This document shows, in pieces, positions 1 to 11,447 of a DNA stretch of 42,413 bases. Origin of the DNA: Macrostomum lignano (lineage: Eukaryota); NCBI GenBank assembly GCA_002269645.1, contig NIVC01003553.1, positions 1-42,413 on the forward strand, in the 5' to 3' direction. The position numbers and the translations under genes are program-made. Every line of letters begins with the position of its first letter. The stretch's first letter is position 1. The notes under the pieces were generated by a model that was not told where the DNA came from, did no database searches, and worked only from the letters and a program-made list of their open reading frames with translations.

Positions 1-1563
1 AGGATTATTGCTCTTGGCAAAGCCAAGCATTACTGCACTCGATAAGCCATGGATTATTGCTATTAATAAACCAAGGATTACTGCACTCGATAAGCCAAGG
101 ATTATTGCTATTAATAAACCATGAATTACTGCACTCGATAAGCCAAGGATTATTGCTATTAATAAACCAAGGATTACTGACTCATAAGCCATGGATTATT
201 GCTATTAATAACCAAGGATTACTGGCACTCGATAAGCCAAGGATTATGCTATTAATAAACCAAGATTACTGCACTCGATAAACCAAGGATTATTGCTATT
301 AATAAACCAAGGATTACTGCACTCGATAAGCCAAGGACTATTGCTATTAATAAACCAAGGATTACTGCACTCATAACCAAGGACTATTGCTCTTGGCAAA
401 CCAAGGATTACTGCACTCGATAAGCCAAGGACTATATTGCCTTGGCAAACCAAGGATTACTGCACTCGATAAGCCATGGATTATTGCTATTAATAAACCA
501 AGGATTACTGCACTCGATAAGCCAAGGATTATTGCTATTAATAAACTAAGGATTACTGCACTCGATAAACCAAGGATTATTGCTATTAATAAACCAAGGA
601 TTATGCACTTGGCAAACAAGGATTACTGCAATCGATAAGCCAAGGATTATTGCTATTAATAAACCAAGCATTACTGCACTCAATAAACCAAGGACTATTG
701 CTATTAATAAACCAAGGATTACTGCACTCAAAAAACAAGGACTATTGCTCTTGGCAAACCAAGGATTACTGCACTCGATAAGCCAAGGATTATTGCTATT
801 AATAAACCAAGGATTACTGCACTCGATAAGCCAAGGATTATTGCTATTAATAAACCAAGGATTAATGCACTCGATAAACCAAGGATTATTGCTATTAATA
901 AACCAAGGATTACTGGCACTCGATAAGCCAAGGATTATTGCTATTAATAAACCAAGGATTATGCACTTGGCAAACCAAGGATTACTGCACTCGATAAGCC
1001 AAGGATTATTGCTATTAATAAACCAAGGATTACTGCACTCAATAAACCAAGGACTATTGCTCTTGGCAAACCAAGGATTACTGCACTCGATAAGCCAAGG
1101 ACTATTGCTCTTGGCAAACCAAGGATTACTGCACTCGATAAGCCATGGATTATTGCTATTAATAAACGGAAGGATTACTGCACTCGATAAGCCAAGGATT
1201 ATTGCTATTAATATAAACCAAGGATTACTGCACTCGATAAACCAAGGATTATTGCTATTAATAAACCAAGGATTATGCACTTGGCAAACCAAGGATTACT
1301 GCACTCGATAAGCCAAGGACTATTGCTCTTGCAAACCAAGGATTACTGCACTCGATAAGGCATGGATTATTGCTATTAATAAAACCAAGGATTACTGCAC
1401 TCGATAAGCCAAGGATTATTGCTATTAATAAACCATGAATTACTGCACTCGATAAGCCAAGGATTATTGCTATTAATAAACCAAGGATTACTGCACTCGA
1501 TAAGCCATGGATTATTGCTATTAATAACCAAGGATTACTGCACTCGATAGCCAAGGATTACTG
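1..1563. repeat. 24-bp minisatellite, mostly alternating A/B monomers (48-bp dimer); runs off the window start
   Basis: Monomers CCAAGGATTATTGCTATTAATAAA and CCAAGGATTACTGCACTCGATAAG alternate. Variants CCAAGGACTATTGCTCTTGGCAAA and CCAAGGATTATGCACTTGGCAAA also occur. Confidence 0.97.
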
Positions 1564-1573
1564 CGCTTGATAA

Positions 1574-1816
1574 GCTTGGCTACATGTATAGGATTATTTC
1601 TATCCAGGGATGCTTGCTATTTAGGGATTCTTGCTATGTGCAGGATGCTTGCTATCTGGAAGGATGCTTCTACATTATTTGGGGTATGCTTGCTATCTGC
1701 AAGATGCTTGCTATCTGCAAGATGCTTGCTATCTGCAGATGCTTGCTATCTGGGTAGATGCTTGCTAGGAGTATTAGGGGATGCTTGCTACTGGGGGTAT
1801 GCTTGCTGTCTTGGGA
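1574..1816. repeat. Short degenerate array of the (G)ATGCTTGCTATCTG unit (13-17 bp)
   Basis: Repeated TGCTTGCTA core ending in ATGCTTGCTGTCTTGGGA. Same family as 8641-9196. Confidence 0.9.
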
Positions 1817-1853
1817 ATATTTTCTATTTAGGGGTAATGACTAAAATTCATGA

Positions 1854-1911
1854 GAGCTAGCCTAGAGGTAAACAGACTAAACTGCTAAATGCAGGGACGA
1901 TGGTTCGAATT
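1854..1911 (+). mobile_element. tRNA-like (SINE-head-like) remnant, copy 1
   Basis: A-box-like TAGCCTAGAGGTAA and B-box GGTTCGAAT (1902-1910) at tRNA-like spacing. No intact acceptor stem seen. Homologous to 4911-4966. Confidence 0.5.
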
Positions 1912-1968
1912 TTTAGAGAGTAGAGTTTTTTTAATTAAAGCCTTTTAACGCCAAGACAAAAAAAATTA

Positions 1969-3010
1969 TGGAAGCGTCATGTAAACAATCATACAAGCGT
2001 CATGTAAACAATCATAGAAGCGTCATGTAAACAATCATAGAAGCGTCATGTAAAAATCATAGAAGCGTCATGTAAAAATCATAGAAGCGTAATGTAAACA
2101 ATCATAGAAGCGTCATGTTAAAATCATAAAAGCGTCATGTAAACAATCATACAAGCGTCATGTAAACAATCATAGAAGCGTCATGTAAAAAAATCATAGA
2201 AGCGTCATGTTAAAATCATAAAAGCGTCATAAAAAATCATAGAAGCGTCATGCAAGCAATCATAGAAGCGTAATGTAAACAATCATAGAAGCGTCATGTT
2301 AAAATCATACAAGCGTCATGTAAACAATCATACAATCGTCATGTAAACAATCATAGAAGCGTCATGTAAAAAAATCATAGAAGCGTCATGTTAAAATCAT
2401 AGAAGCGTCATGTAAACAATCATAGAAGCGTCATGTAAAAATCATAGAAGCGTCATGTAAAAATCATAGAAGCGTCATGTAAACAATCATAAAAGCGTCA
2501 TGTAAACAATCATAGAAGCGTCATGTATACAATCATAGAAGCGTCATGTAAACAATCATAGAAGCGTCATGTATACAATCATAGAAGCGTCATGTAAACA
2601 ATCATAGAAGCGTCATGTAAAAATCATAGAAGCGTCATGTAAAAATCATAGAAGCGTCATGTAAAAATCATAAAAGCGTCATGTAAAAATCATAGAAGCG
2701 TCATGTAAAAAATCATAGAAGCGTCATGTAAAAATCATAAAAGCGTCATGTAAAAATCATAGAAGCGTCATGTAAACAATCATACAAGCGTCATGTAAAC
2801 AATCATAGAAGCGTCATGTAAAAATCATACAAGCGTCATGTAAACAAGCATAGAAGCGTCATGAAAAAATTATAGAAGCCTCATATAAAAACTAATGAAA
2901 GTGTGTCATTTAAAAAATTAAGAAGCATCATGGAAGAATAAAAGAAGCGTAACGTAAAAATCAAAAGAAGCGTCATGTCAGACATGAAAGAAATGTCATA
3001 TAAAAATTAA
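1969..3010. repeat. 23-bp satellite GAAGCGTCATGTAAACAATCATA (regular to about 2870, then degenerate)
   Basis: About 40 direct copies read from the sequence. Confidence 0.97.
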
Positions 3011-3039
3011 ATGAAGCTATAGTACAGTGCTGTGCTGGG

Positions 3040-3990
3040 GAGAATTACTGAGACGTCAAGGCTCACAGAGAATAACTGAGATTACAGGGGGGTTTCTGAG
3101 ATGTTAAAGCAAAAGTCAGAAGCTACTTCAAAGTACATGTACTTTACTTAAGTTTTTTATTGCATTCTTTGTTGGCTTGCCACGGTGGGGGGGCGCTAAT
3201 AGAAGAAGAGTCATATAAAAATAAAAGGAGCACTATGTATACATAAAATAAAAGTCATGTCAAAGTTAAAAGATTCATTTGGGAATTGCTACGATGTCAA
3301 AGCTTGGAGGGAATCGTTATAGTGCTGTGATTCTTAAAGAAGGAATCACTTAAATGCCAAGGCTTAGGGAAGAAGAATTGCTGTGATTTCAAGGCTTTAG
3401 GTTGGGTGAAAGTTAGGTTTACGTCAGGTTTGGGTTGAGGGTTAGATTTTAGCGCGTTTCAAGGTTAACAGGGGATTTTTTAGATTTCAAGGTTTATGGG
3501 GGGCATCGCTGACATGTCAAGGCTTACGAGGGGAATCTATCTATCTATCTATAGCTGAGATGTCAAGGCTCACGGGGGAATAAATGAGATGTCAAGGCTA
3601 ATGTCAGAAGCTACATGTAGTTTATTGGAAAAAAGTTATTACATTATTTGTCGGCTCCTCACGGGAGGATCGCTGATAGAAAAAGCGTAATGTAAAAAAA
3701 AAAAGAAGCTTCATGTCAAAGTTAAGAGATTCATTTGGGAATCCCTACGATGTCGAGGCTTGCAGGGAATCGCTATAATGCTGTAGTAGTGCTATAGACT
3801 CTTAGAGAGAATTACTGAAATTTCAATGCTTTAGGGTTAGGGTTAGGGTTAGGGTTAGGGTTAGAAAATAGACAGATTTTTTAAGATTTCAAGGCTTGTG
3901 GGAGCATTGCTGAGATGTCAAGGGGGGAGTTGATATGTTAAGGCTTGTGGGGGGGGATTGCTGACATGTCAAGGCTTACAAGGGTACTGG
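3040..3990. repeat. Diverged tandem duplication (period about 490 bp) with internal GCTGAGATGTCAAGGCT subrepeats
   Basis: Paired segments, e.g. GTCATGTCAAAGTTAAAAGATTCATTTGGGAATTGCTACGATGTC (about 3254) versus TTCATGTCAAAGTTAAGAGATTCATTTGGGAATCCCTACGATGTC (about 3710), and GTCAGAAGCTAC in both copies. Confidence 0.75.
3831..3864 (+). repeat. Interstitial telomeric tract (TTAGGG)5 TTAG
   Basis: Perfect TTAGGG hexamers read directly. Confidence 0.92.
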
Positions 3991-4910
3991 TAGCGTACTG
4001 AAGCATACTGGTAGAAGTAGCTCTGAAAGAAGGCAAGTATGGTTGAATTTCAATGTCTGTTATAAAATTCTGCACAAACATGTTTTATTGGTACATAAGC
4101 CTGGAATTAAAATGAGAATTCGATTCCTAGCCCCCCTCCCTAAGAATTTTTTTTCATTTAAAAGGATTCGTCCCTTGCTTATTGGCCACCCCGAAGGCCA
4201 TTTTTTATCAAAAATGATAAAAATAATTTTTATCAAACACGTTGACATATACAGGGCTCTAAACTAAAAACTGTAAAAAGTTGATAGTTTTGTTTTACCT
4301 AAAATGCGTTATTAACGATCTCCAAAAATTCCTATTTTAAGCTTAAGCTTAAGAAAAACACTTAAAGTACTCCTGCTAAAAGGTATATTATATTAGACGA
4401 ATATTAATTATTTCTGCTCCCCGAAGGGGGGCAAAACTTTAGCTAGTCCCATATACTAAAAATGAAATGTCTGTAGCTATGCGATAGATTTCAGAAAATT
4501 GGCTTAACCGATTTTCTTCAAACTTGCACCATTCGATCAGAAATTTTCCTGGGACGGTACATGCATCTTGGCTAAGAAATTGCTCAATGTTAAAGGGATT
4601 AAATATTCGAAAAACATGCTTTTTTGCAAAGGTCAAGCCAAATTTTCGACTTGAAATGCATTGTAAGAATGCTAGAGAAAAAAACTGACTGACTGAATTC
4701 CGATTGTGATAAAGATTGCATCACAACAAGTTGAAAACAGTGCCGAAGAAATGCACACACGCTTTAAATTGAGCTAACCATATTGCTAACTTAAATTGAG
4801 ACTGATACTGGCTGACTGAGAAATTGATTATGTCATAACTTTTTACTCCGATTGACTTGCTGTAAGAATTGAATTATAAGGGCCACAATTCATGTTCTCC
4901 AATTGAAAAG

Positions 4911-4966
4911 AGATAGCCCTGATGCGAACAGACTGGAATGCTATTGTAGCAACCTGGGTTCGAATC
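4911..4966 (+). mobile_element. tRNA-like (SINE-head-like) remnant, copy 2
   Basis: TAGCCCTGATGCGAACAGACTGGAATGCTA...GGGTTCGAATC aligns with 1858-1910 (shared TAGCC, AACAGACT, TGCTA, GGTTCGAAT). Confidence 0.45.
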
Positions 4967-5029
4967 TTAGTAGTACAAAAAAGATATTTTTATTAAAACA
5001 CCTTAAAAAACACAACAAAACTGCTAAAC

Positions 5030-8000
5030 ATCAAAGAAGCGCAATGTCAAACATAGAAGAGCCAACATATCGAACATAAAAGAGTTAACATATCAAACAT
5101 AGAAGAGCCACCATGTCAAACATAAAAGAGCCACCAGGTCAAACATAAAAGAGCCACCATGTCAAACATAAAAGAGCCACCATTTCGAACATTAAAGAGC
5201 CACCATTTCGAACATTAAAGAGCCACCATTTTGAACATTAAAGAGCCACCATGTCAAACAATTAGAAGCCACCATGTCAAACATTAAAGAGCCACCATGT
5301 CGAACATAAAAGAGCCACCATTTCGAACATTAAAGAGCCACCATGTCGAACATTAAAGAGCCACCATGTCGAACATTTAAGAGCCACCATGTCAAACATT
5401 AAAGAGCCACTTTGTCGAACATTAAAGAGCCACCATGTCAAACATAAAAGAGCCAACATGTCAAACATTTAGGAGCCACCATGTCAAACATTTAGGAGCC
5501 ACCATGTCAAACATATATGTGACTTTATGTCAAACATTAAAGAGTTACCATTTCAAACCTTAAAAGCCACTATGTCGAACATTAAAGAGCCACCATGTCT
5601 AACATAAAAGAGCTATACCATGAAGAACATGAAAGAGCCACCATGTCGAACATAAAAGAGCCACCATGTAGAATATTAAAGAGCCACCATGTCAAACATT
5701 TAAGAGCCACCATGTCAAACATTTAAGAGCCACCATGTCGAACATAAAAGAGCTACCATGTCGAACATTAAAGAGCCACCATGTCAAACATAAAAGAGCC
5801 ACCATTTCGAACATTAAAGAGCCACCATTTCGAACATTAAAGAGCCACCATTTTGAACATTAAAGAGCCACCATGTCAAACAATTAGAAGCCACTATGTC
5901 AAACATTAAAGAGCCACCATGTCGAACATAAAAGAGCCACCATTTCGAACATTAAAGAGCCACCATGTCGAACATTAAAGAGCCACCATGTCGAACATTT
6001 AAGAGCCACCATGTCAAACATTAAAGAGCCACTTTGTCGAACATTAAAGAGCCACCATGTCAAACATAAAAGAGCCAACATGTCAAACATTTAGGAGCCA
6101 CCATGTCAAACATTTAGGAGCCACCATGTCAAACATATATGTGACTTTATGTCAAACATTAAAGAGTTACCATTTCAAACCTTAAAAAGCCACTATGTCG
6201 AACATTAAAGAGCCACCATGTCTAACATAAAAGAGCTATACCATGAAGAACATGAAAGAGCCACCATGTCGAACATAAAAGAGCCACCATGTAGAATATT
6301 AAAGAGCCACCATGTCAAACATTTAAGAGCCACCATGTCAAACATTTAAGAGCCACCATGTCGAACATAAAAGAGCTACCATGTCGAACATTAAAGAGCC
6401 ACCATGTCAAACATTTAAGAGCCACCATGTCAAACATATATGTGACTTTATGTCAAACATTAAAGAGCAACCATGTCGAACATTAAAGTGCCACCATGTG
6501 TAACATAAAAGAGCTATATCATGAAGAACATCAAAGAGCCACCATGTTAAAAATTAAAGAGCCACCATGTGAAACATTTAAGAGCCACCATGTCAAACCT
6601 AAAAGAGCCACCATGTTGAACATAAAAGAGCCACCATTTCAAACATTGAAGAGCCACTATTTCGAAAATTAAAGAGCCAGCATATCAAACAATAGCCACC
6701 ATGTCAAACATTAAAGAGCCACTTTGTCGAACATTAAAGAGCCACCATGTCAAACATAAAAGAGCCAACATGTCAGACATTAAAAAGCCACCGTATCAAA
6801 CATAAAAGAGTTACCATGTAGAACAAAAAAGAGCCACCATGTCGAACAAAAAAGAGCCACCATGAAGAACATCAAAGAGCCACCATGTCGAACATTAAAG
6901 AGCCACCATGAAGAACATTAAAGAGCCACCATGTCAAACATAAAAGAGCCACCATGTTAAACATAGAAGAGCCACCATGTCAGATGTTAAAAAGAGCCAC
7001 CATGTCTAACATATATGTGACTTTATTTCAAACATTAAGGAGCCACCATTTCGAACATTAAAGAGCAACCATGTCGAACATTAAAGAGCCACCATGTCGA
7101 ACATTAAAGAGCCACCATGTCGAACATTAAAGAGCCACCATGAAGAACATTAAAGAGCCACCATGTCAAACATAAAAGAGCCACCATGTTAAACATAGAA
7201 GAGCCACCATGTCAGATGTTAAAAAGAGCCACCATGTCTAACATATATGTGACTTTATTTCAAACATTAAGGAGCCACCATTTCGAACATTAAAGAGCAA
7301 CCATGTCGAACATTAAAGAGCCACCATGTCGAACATTAAAGAGCCACCATGTCGAACATTAAAGAGCCACCATGAAGAACATTAAAGAGCCACCATGTCA
7401 AACATAAAAGAGCCACCATGTTAAACATAGAAGAGCCACCATGTCAGATGTTAAAAAGAGCCACCATGTCGAACATATATGTGACTTTATGTCAAACATA
7501 TATGTGACTTTATGTCAAACATAAATGTGACTTTATGTCAAACATATATGTGACTTTATGTCAAACATATATGTGACTTTATGTCAAACATATATGTGAC
7601 TTTATGTCAAACATATATGTGACTTTATGTCAAACATAAATGTGACTTTATGTCAAACATATATGTGACTTTATGTCAAACATATATGTGACTTTATGTC
7701 TAACATATATGTGATTTTATTTCAAACATTAAGGAGCCACCATTTCGAACATTAAAGAGCAACCATGTCGAACATTAAAGAGCCACCATGTCGAACATTA
7801 AAGAGCCACCATGTCTGACATTAAAGAGCCACCATGTCGAACATTAAAGGGCCACCATGTGGAACATTAAAGAGCCACCATGTCAAACCTAAAAGAGCCA
7901 CCATGTCAAACATTAAAGAGCCACCATGTCAAACATAAATCTGGCATGATGTCAAACATTAAAGTGCCACCATATCGAACATTAAAGAGCCACCATGTCT

Positions 8001-8640
8001 AACAATAAAGAGCCACCATGTCGAACATTAAAGGGCCACCATGTGGAACATTAAAGAGCCACCATGTCAAACCTAAAAGAGCCATCATGTCGAACATTAA
8101 AGAGCCACCATGTCAAACATAAATCTGGCATGATGTCAAACATTAAAGTGCCACCATATCGAACATTAAAGAGCCACCATGTCTAACAGTAAAGAGCCAC
8201 CATGTCGAACATTAAAGAACCACCATGTCGAACATTAAAGAGCCACCATGTCAAACCTAAAAGAGCCACCATGTCGAACATTAAAGAGCCACCATGTCAA
8301 ACATAAATCTGGCATGATGTCAAACATTAAAGTGCCACCATATCGAACATTAAAGAGCCACCATGTCTAACAGTAAAGAGCCACCATGTCGAACATTAAA
8401 GAACCACCATGTCGAACATTAAAGAGCCACCATGTCGAACATAAAAGAGCCACCATTTCGAACATTAAAGAGCCACCATGTCGAACATAAATCTGGCATG
8501 ATGTCAAACATTAAAGTGCCACCATATCGAACATTAAAGAGCCACCATGTCTAACAGTAAAGAGCCACCATGTCGAACATTAAAGAACCACCATGTCGAA
8601 CATTAAAGAGCCACCATGTCTAACAGTAAAAAGCCACCAT
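5030..8640. repeat. 23-bp satellite AAAGAGCCACCATGTCGAACATT with higher-order duplications and a sub-array of AACATATATGTGACTTTATGTCA (about 7470-7720)
   Basis: About 155 copies. Identical spurious ORFs at 5277-5468 and 5899-6090 show a 622-bp higher-order duplication. Confidence 0.97.
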
Positions 8641-9196
8641 GTCGCCTGCTATCTGGGGGTGCTTGCTATCTGGGAGAGCCTGCTATCTGGGGGTGCTTGC
8701 TATCTGGTGGTGCTTGCTATCTGGGGGTGCTTGCTATCTGGAGGTGCTTGCTATCTGGGGGTGCCTGCTATCTGGGGGTGCCTGCTATCTGGGGGTGCTA
8801 GCTATCTGGTGGTGCTTGCTATCTGGGGGTGCTTGCTATCTGGGGTGTTTGCTATCTGGGGGTGCTTGCTATCTGGTGTGCTTGCTATCTGGGGGTGCCT
8901 GCTATCTGGGGGTTCCTGCTATCTGGGGTCGCTTGCTATCTGGGGTGCTTGCTATCTGGGGGATGCTTGCTATCTGGGGGGTGCCTGCTATCTGGGGAGT
9001 GCTTGCTATATGGGGGGTGCCTGCTATCTGGGGGGTGCTTGCTATCTGGGGGTGCCTGCTATCTGGGGGGATGCTTGCTATCTGGGGGATGCTTGCTATT
9101 TGGGGGATGCTTGCTATGTGGGGGATGCTTGCTATCTAGGGGATGCTTGCAATCTGGGGGATGCTTGCTATCTTGGGATGCTTGCTGTCTTGGGAT
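8641..9196. repeat. G-rich about 17-bp array GCTTGCTATCTGGGGGT
   Basis: About 33 copies with G4-5 runs, ending in ATGCTTGCTGTCTTGGGA. Confidence 0.96.
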
Positions 9197-9390
9197 GATT
9201 TTTTTTTGCATTACACTTTATTTGAGCAGTTTGTCTGTCGTCTTTGTGAAGGCTTTATTTGGCTGTCTTTTTGTTACTTGTAGAGAACAGAGATTCTATC
9301 CAGATGTCCCCCAACGGGGGGCGAAGATTGCTAGTTATGAGCTAAAGTTGACAGGCCTTTTCAGTCCGGTTCTGCTGTTATTTAGTTTGT

Positions 9391-10010
9391 GTGTCTGAGT
9401 GCTCAGATTTGAGTTGGTTGTCTGAGTGCTCAGATTTGAGTTGGTTGTCTGAATGCTCAGATTTGAGTTGGTTGTCTGAATGCTCAGATTTGAGTTGGTT
9501 ATTTGAGTGCTCAGATTTGAGTTGGTTGTCTGAATGCTCAGATTTGAGTTGGTTATTTGAGTGCTCAGATTTGAGTTGGTTGTCTGAATGCTCAGATTTG
9601 AGTTGGTTGTCTGAATGCTCAGATTTGAGTTGGTTATTTGAGTGCTCAGATTTGAGTTGGTTGTCTGAATGCTCAGATTTGAGTTGGTTGTCTGAATGCT
9701 CAGATTTGAGTTGGTTGTCTGAATGCTCAGATTTGAGTTGGTTGTCTGAATGCTCAGATTTGAGTTGGTTGTCTGAATGCTCAGATTTGAGTTGGTTGTC
9801 TGAATGCTCAGATTTGAGTTGGTTGTCTGAATGCTCAGATTTGAGTTGGTTATTTGAGTGCTCAGATTTGAGTTGGTTGTCTGAATGCTCAGATTTGAGT
9901 TGGTTATTTGAGTGCTCAGATTTGAGTTTTGGTTGTCTGAATGCTCAGATTTGAGTTGGTTATTTGAGTGCTCAGATTTGAGTTGGTTGTCTGAGTGCTC
10001 AGATTTGAGT
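9391..10010. repeat. 27-bp minisatellite TTGTCTGAATGCTCAGATTTGAGTTGG
   Basis: About 23 near-identical copies. These produce the spurious SECSDLSWL ORF. Confidence 0.97.
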
Positions 10011-10970
10011 CGGGTGCATAGTTAGACAAGCATATTATAAATAATACTTTCTAGAAGTTGCAAGAACTGTTTCGCCACTAACAGCTCATATACTCGGTAG
10101 ACGCAAAAACATTTCGTGCCGCTCCTCTTGTCCTTACTGTATTGGAGAATCCCACAAGCTTTACTTCATTATCGCCTCGCCACATGCCTTTATTTGCATA
10201 AATAATCTCATCATTTATTGCTAGTATTTTAACTATGCTCTGACTCTCTATCGCAGCCAATTGTTATTTTCCAGAAATATCTAGAATTGAGGGTCAGTTC
10301 TGCTCGCTTCCCCAATATTTTTATTCCCCAAACGCTGGCCTGTCTGTCAAAGCAGAGTCCAATCTAGACAGAATCCCAGACTCAGCATTGGGATATCGCT
10401 TGGAGATTTTCATCCCATAGGCTCAGGATGCATTTCTCAGAGGCCTTTTCTCTCATCTGGATTAAAAAACACTGTTAGAAATGGGCGCGGGGCCAATCCC
10501 TTGGGCTGATCCTCTCGGATCCCGAGCTCGTCCTTGATCACCCTGCTCTCTATGCTAATGGCTAGGGTGGTCGGGTGACCGAGGGGGGACTCTTGAAGAG
10601 TTGGCTGATGGATGATGGCTGACTTTGGGAGGGGCATTGCAGCTTTGTCAGCCATCTTTTTGCTTCATTATCTTTTCGTGTAATAGGAATAGGCGTTAAC
10701 TGCGCGTTGAGCTCAGGAATCTGGGAGTTCGGAGTCTTAGGGGTGGAACAGCTCGGCGGTAAACGAGTCTGACTTTTCTGGCAGGCCCTTTGACTTTCTT
10801 ATCGCCAGGATGTACAGACTCCGGACCTCAGGGGTTGGCTCTCTAAAATCAATTTAAGATTGAAGATTGCAGGAAAACTAAGAAAAACCCAAATTCTAGT
10901 GCGTGTGCAAAGTGAGAGTTTATTTTTTTCTCTCTTTTGTGCATGTGTCCGCCTTTCACCTCTTTTTTCG

Positions 10971-11110
10971 CTGCTCTCTCATTGGCTGAGCTAGATTGGG
11001 CCTGCCCTCTAGTCTGTGTTTCGTCTGTTTAACTTTGACCTCTCTCCTTACTGCTCTCTCATTGGCTGAGCTAGATTGGGCCTGCCCCCTAGTCTGAGTT
11101 TCGTCCGTCT
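10971..11110 (+). promoter_or_regulatory. 80-bp-period tandem duplication carrying reverse CCAAT boxes, candidate promoter of the zinc-finger gene
   Basis: CTGCTCTCTCATTGGCTGAGCTAGATTGGGCCTGCCC occurs at 10971 and 11051. ATTGGCTGA is the reverse of an NF-Y-type TCAGCCAAT. It lies about 340-480 bp upstream of ATG 11448. Confidence 0.45.
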
Positions 11111-11447
11111 TGCAGTCACTTGTGTACATCGAATTAAATGAATAACTTGCTGTTCCTTCATAACCCCAGGCCCACAAGCCCGTAGGAAGAAGCTTAATTT
11201 TTAGCTGCGACATTAAATTTTAAGTGACAATGCGCAGATAAACTACTGACTACTGCAAGGGACCCTAATTTATTGATAAAGGGTCCCTTGCGTACGCATC
11301 CGGGTGGGTGCTCCTCTGTGTCTATGGCAGCTCATCCCATACCAGTGACTTATTTAAACAACTTTTGCCGTTTCTGCTCAAGCTGCAAATCTGTTAAAAT
11401 AACAAAATACCCTAATTTGAAGACTATTTCAATTCTAACTACCCGAA

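Noticed and set aside
57-1554. Multiple ORFs in the 24-bp array
   Set aside because: The unit length is a multiple of 3; ORFs occur in several frames on both strands and are broken by indels.
4030-4640. Possible DNA-transposon or Helitron remnant (CCCCGAAGG twice; CCGATTTTCTTCAAACTTG)
   Set aside because: Repeat-like composition, but no termini, TSD or protein motif could be identified.
1854-4966. Functional tRNA genes at 1854 and 4911
   Set aside because: A/B-box-like motifs only; no complete cloverleaf or acceptor stem could be drawn.
8593-9954. Gly/Cys/Leu-rich and SECSDLSWL ORFs
   Set aside because: Pure tandem-repeat translations with no splice or codon evidence.
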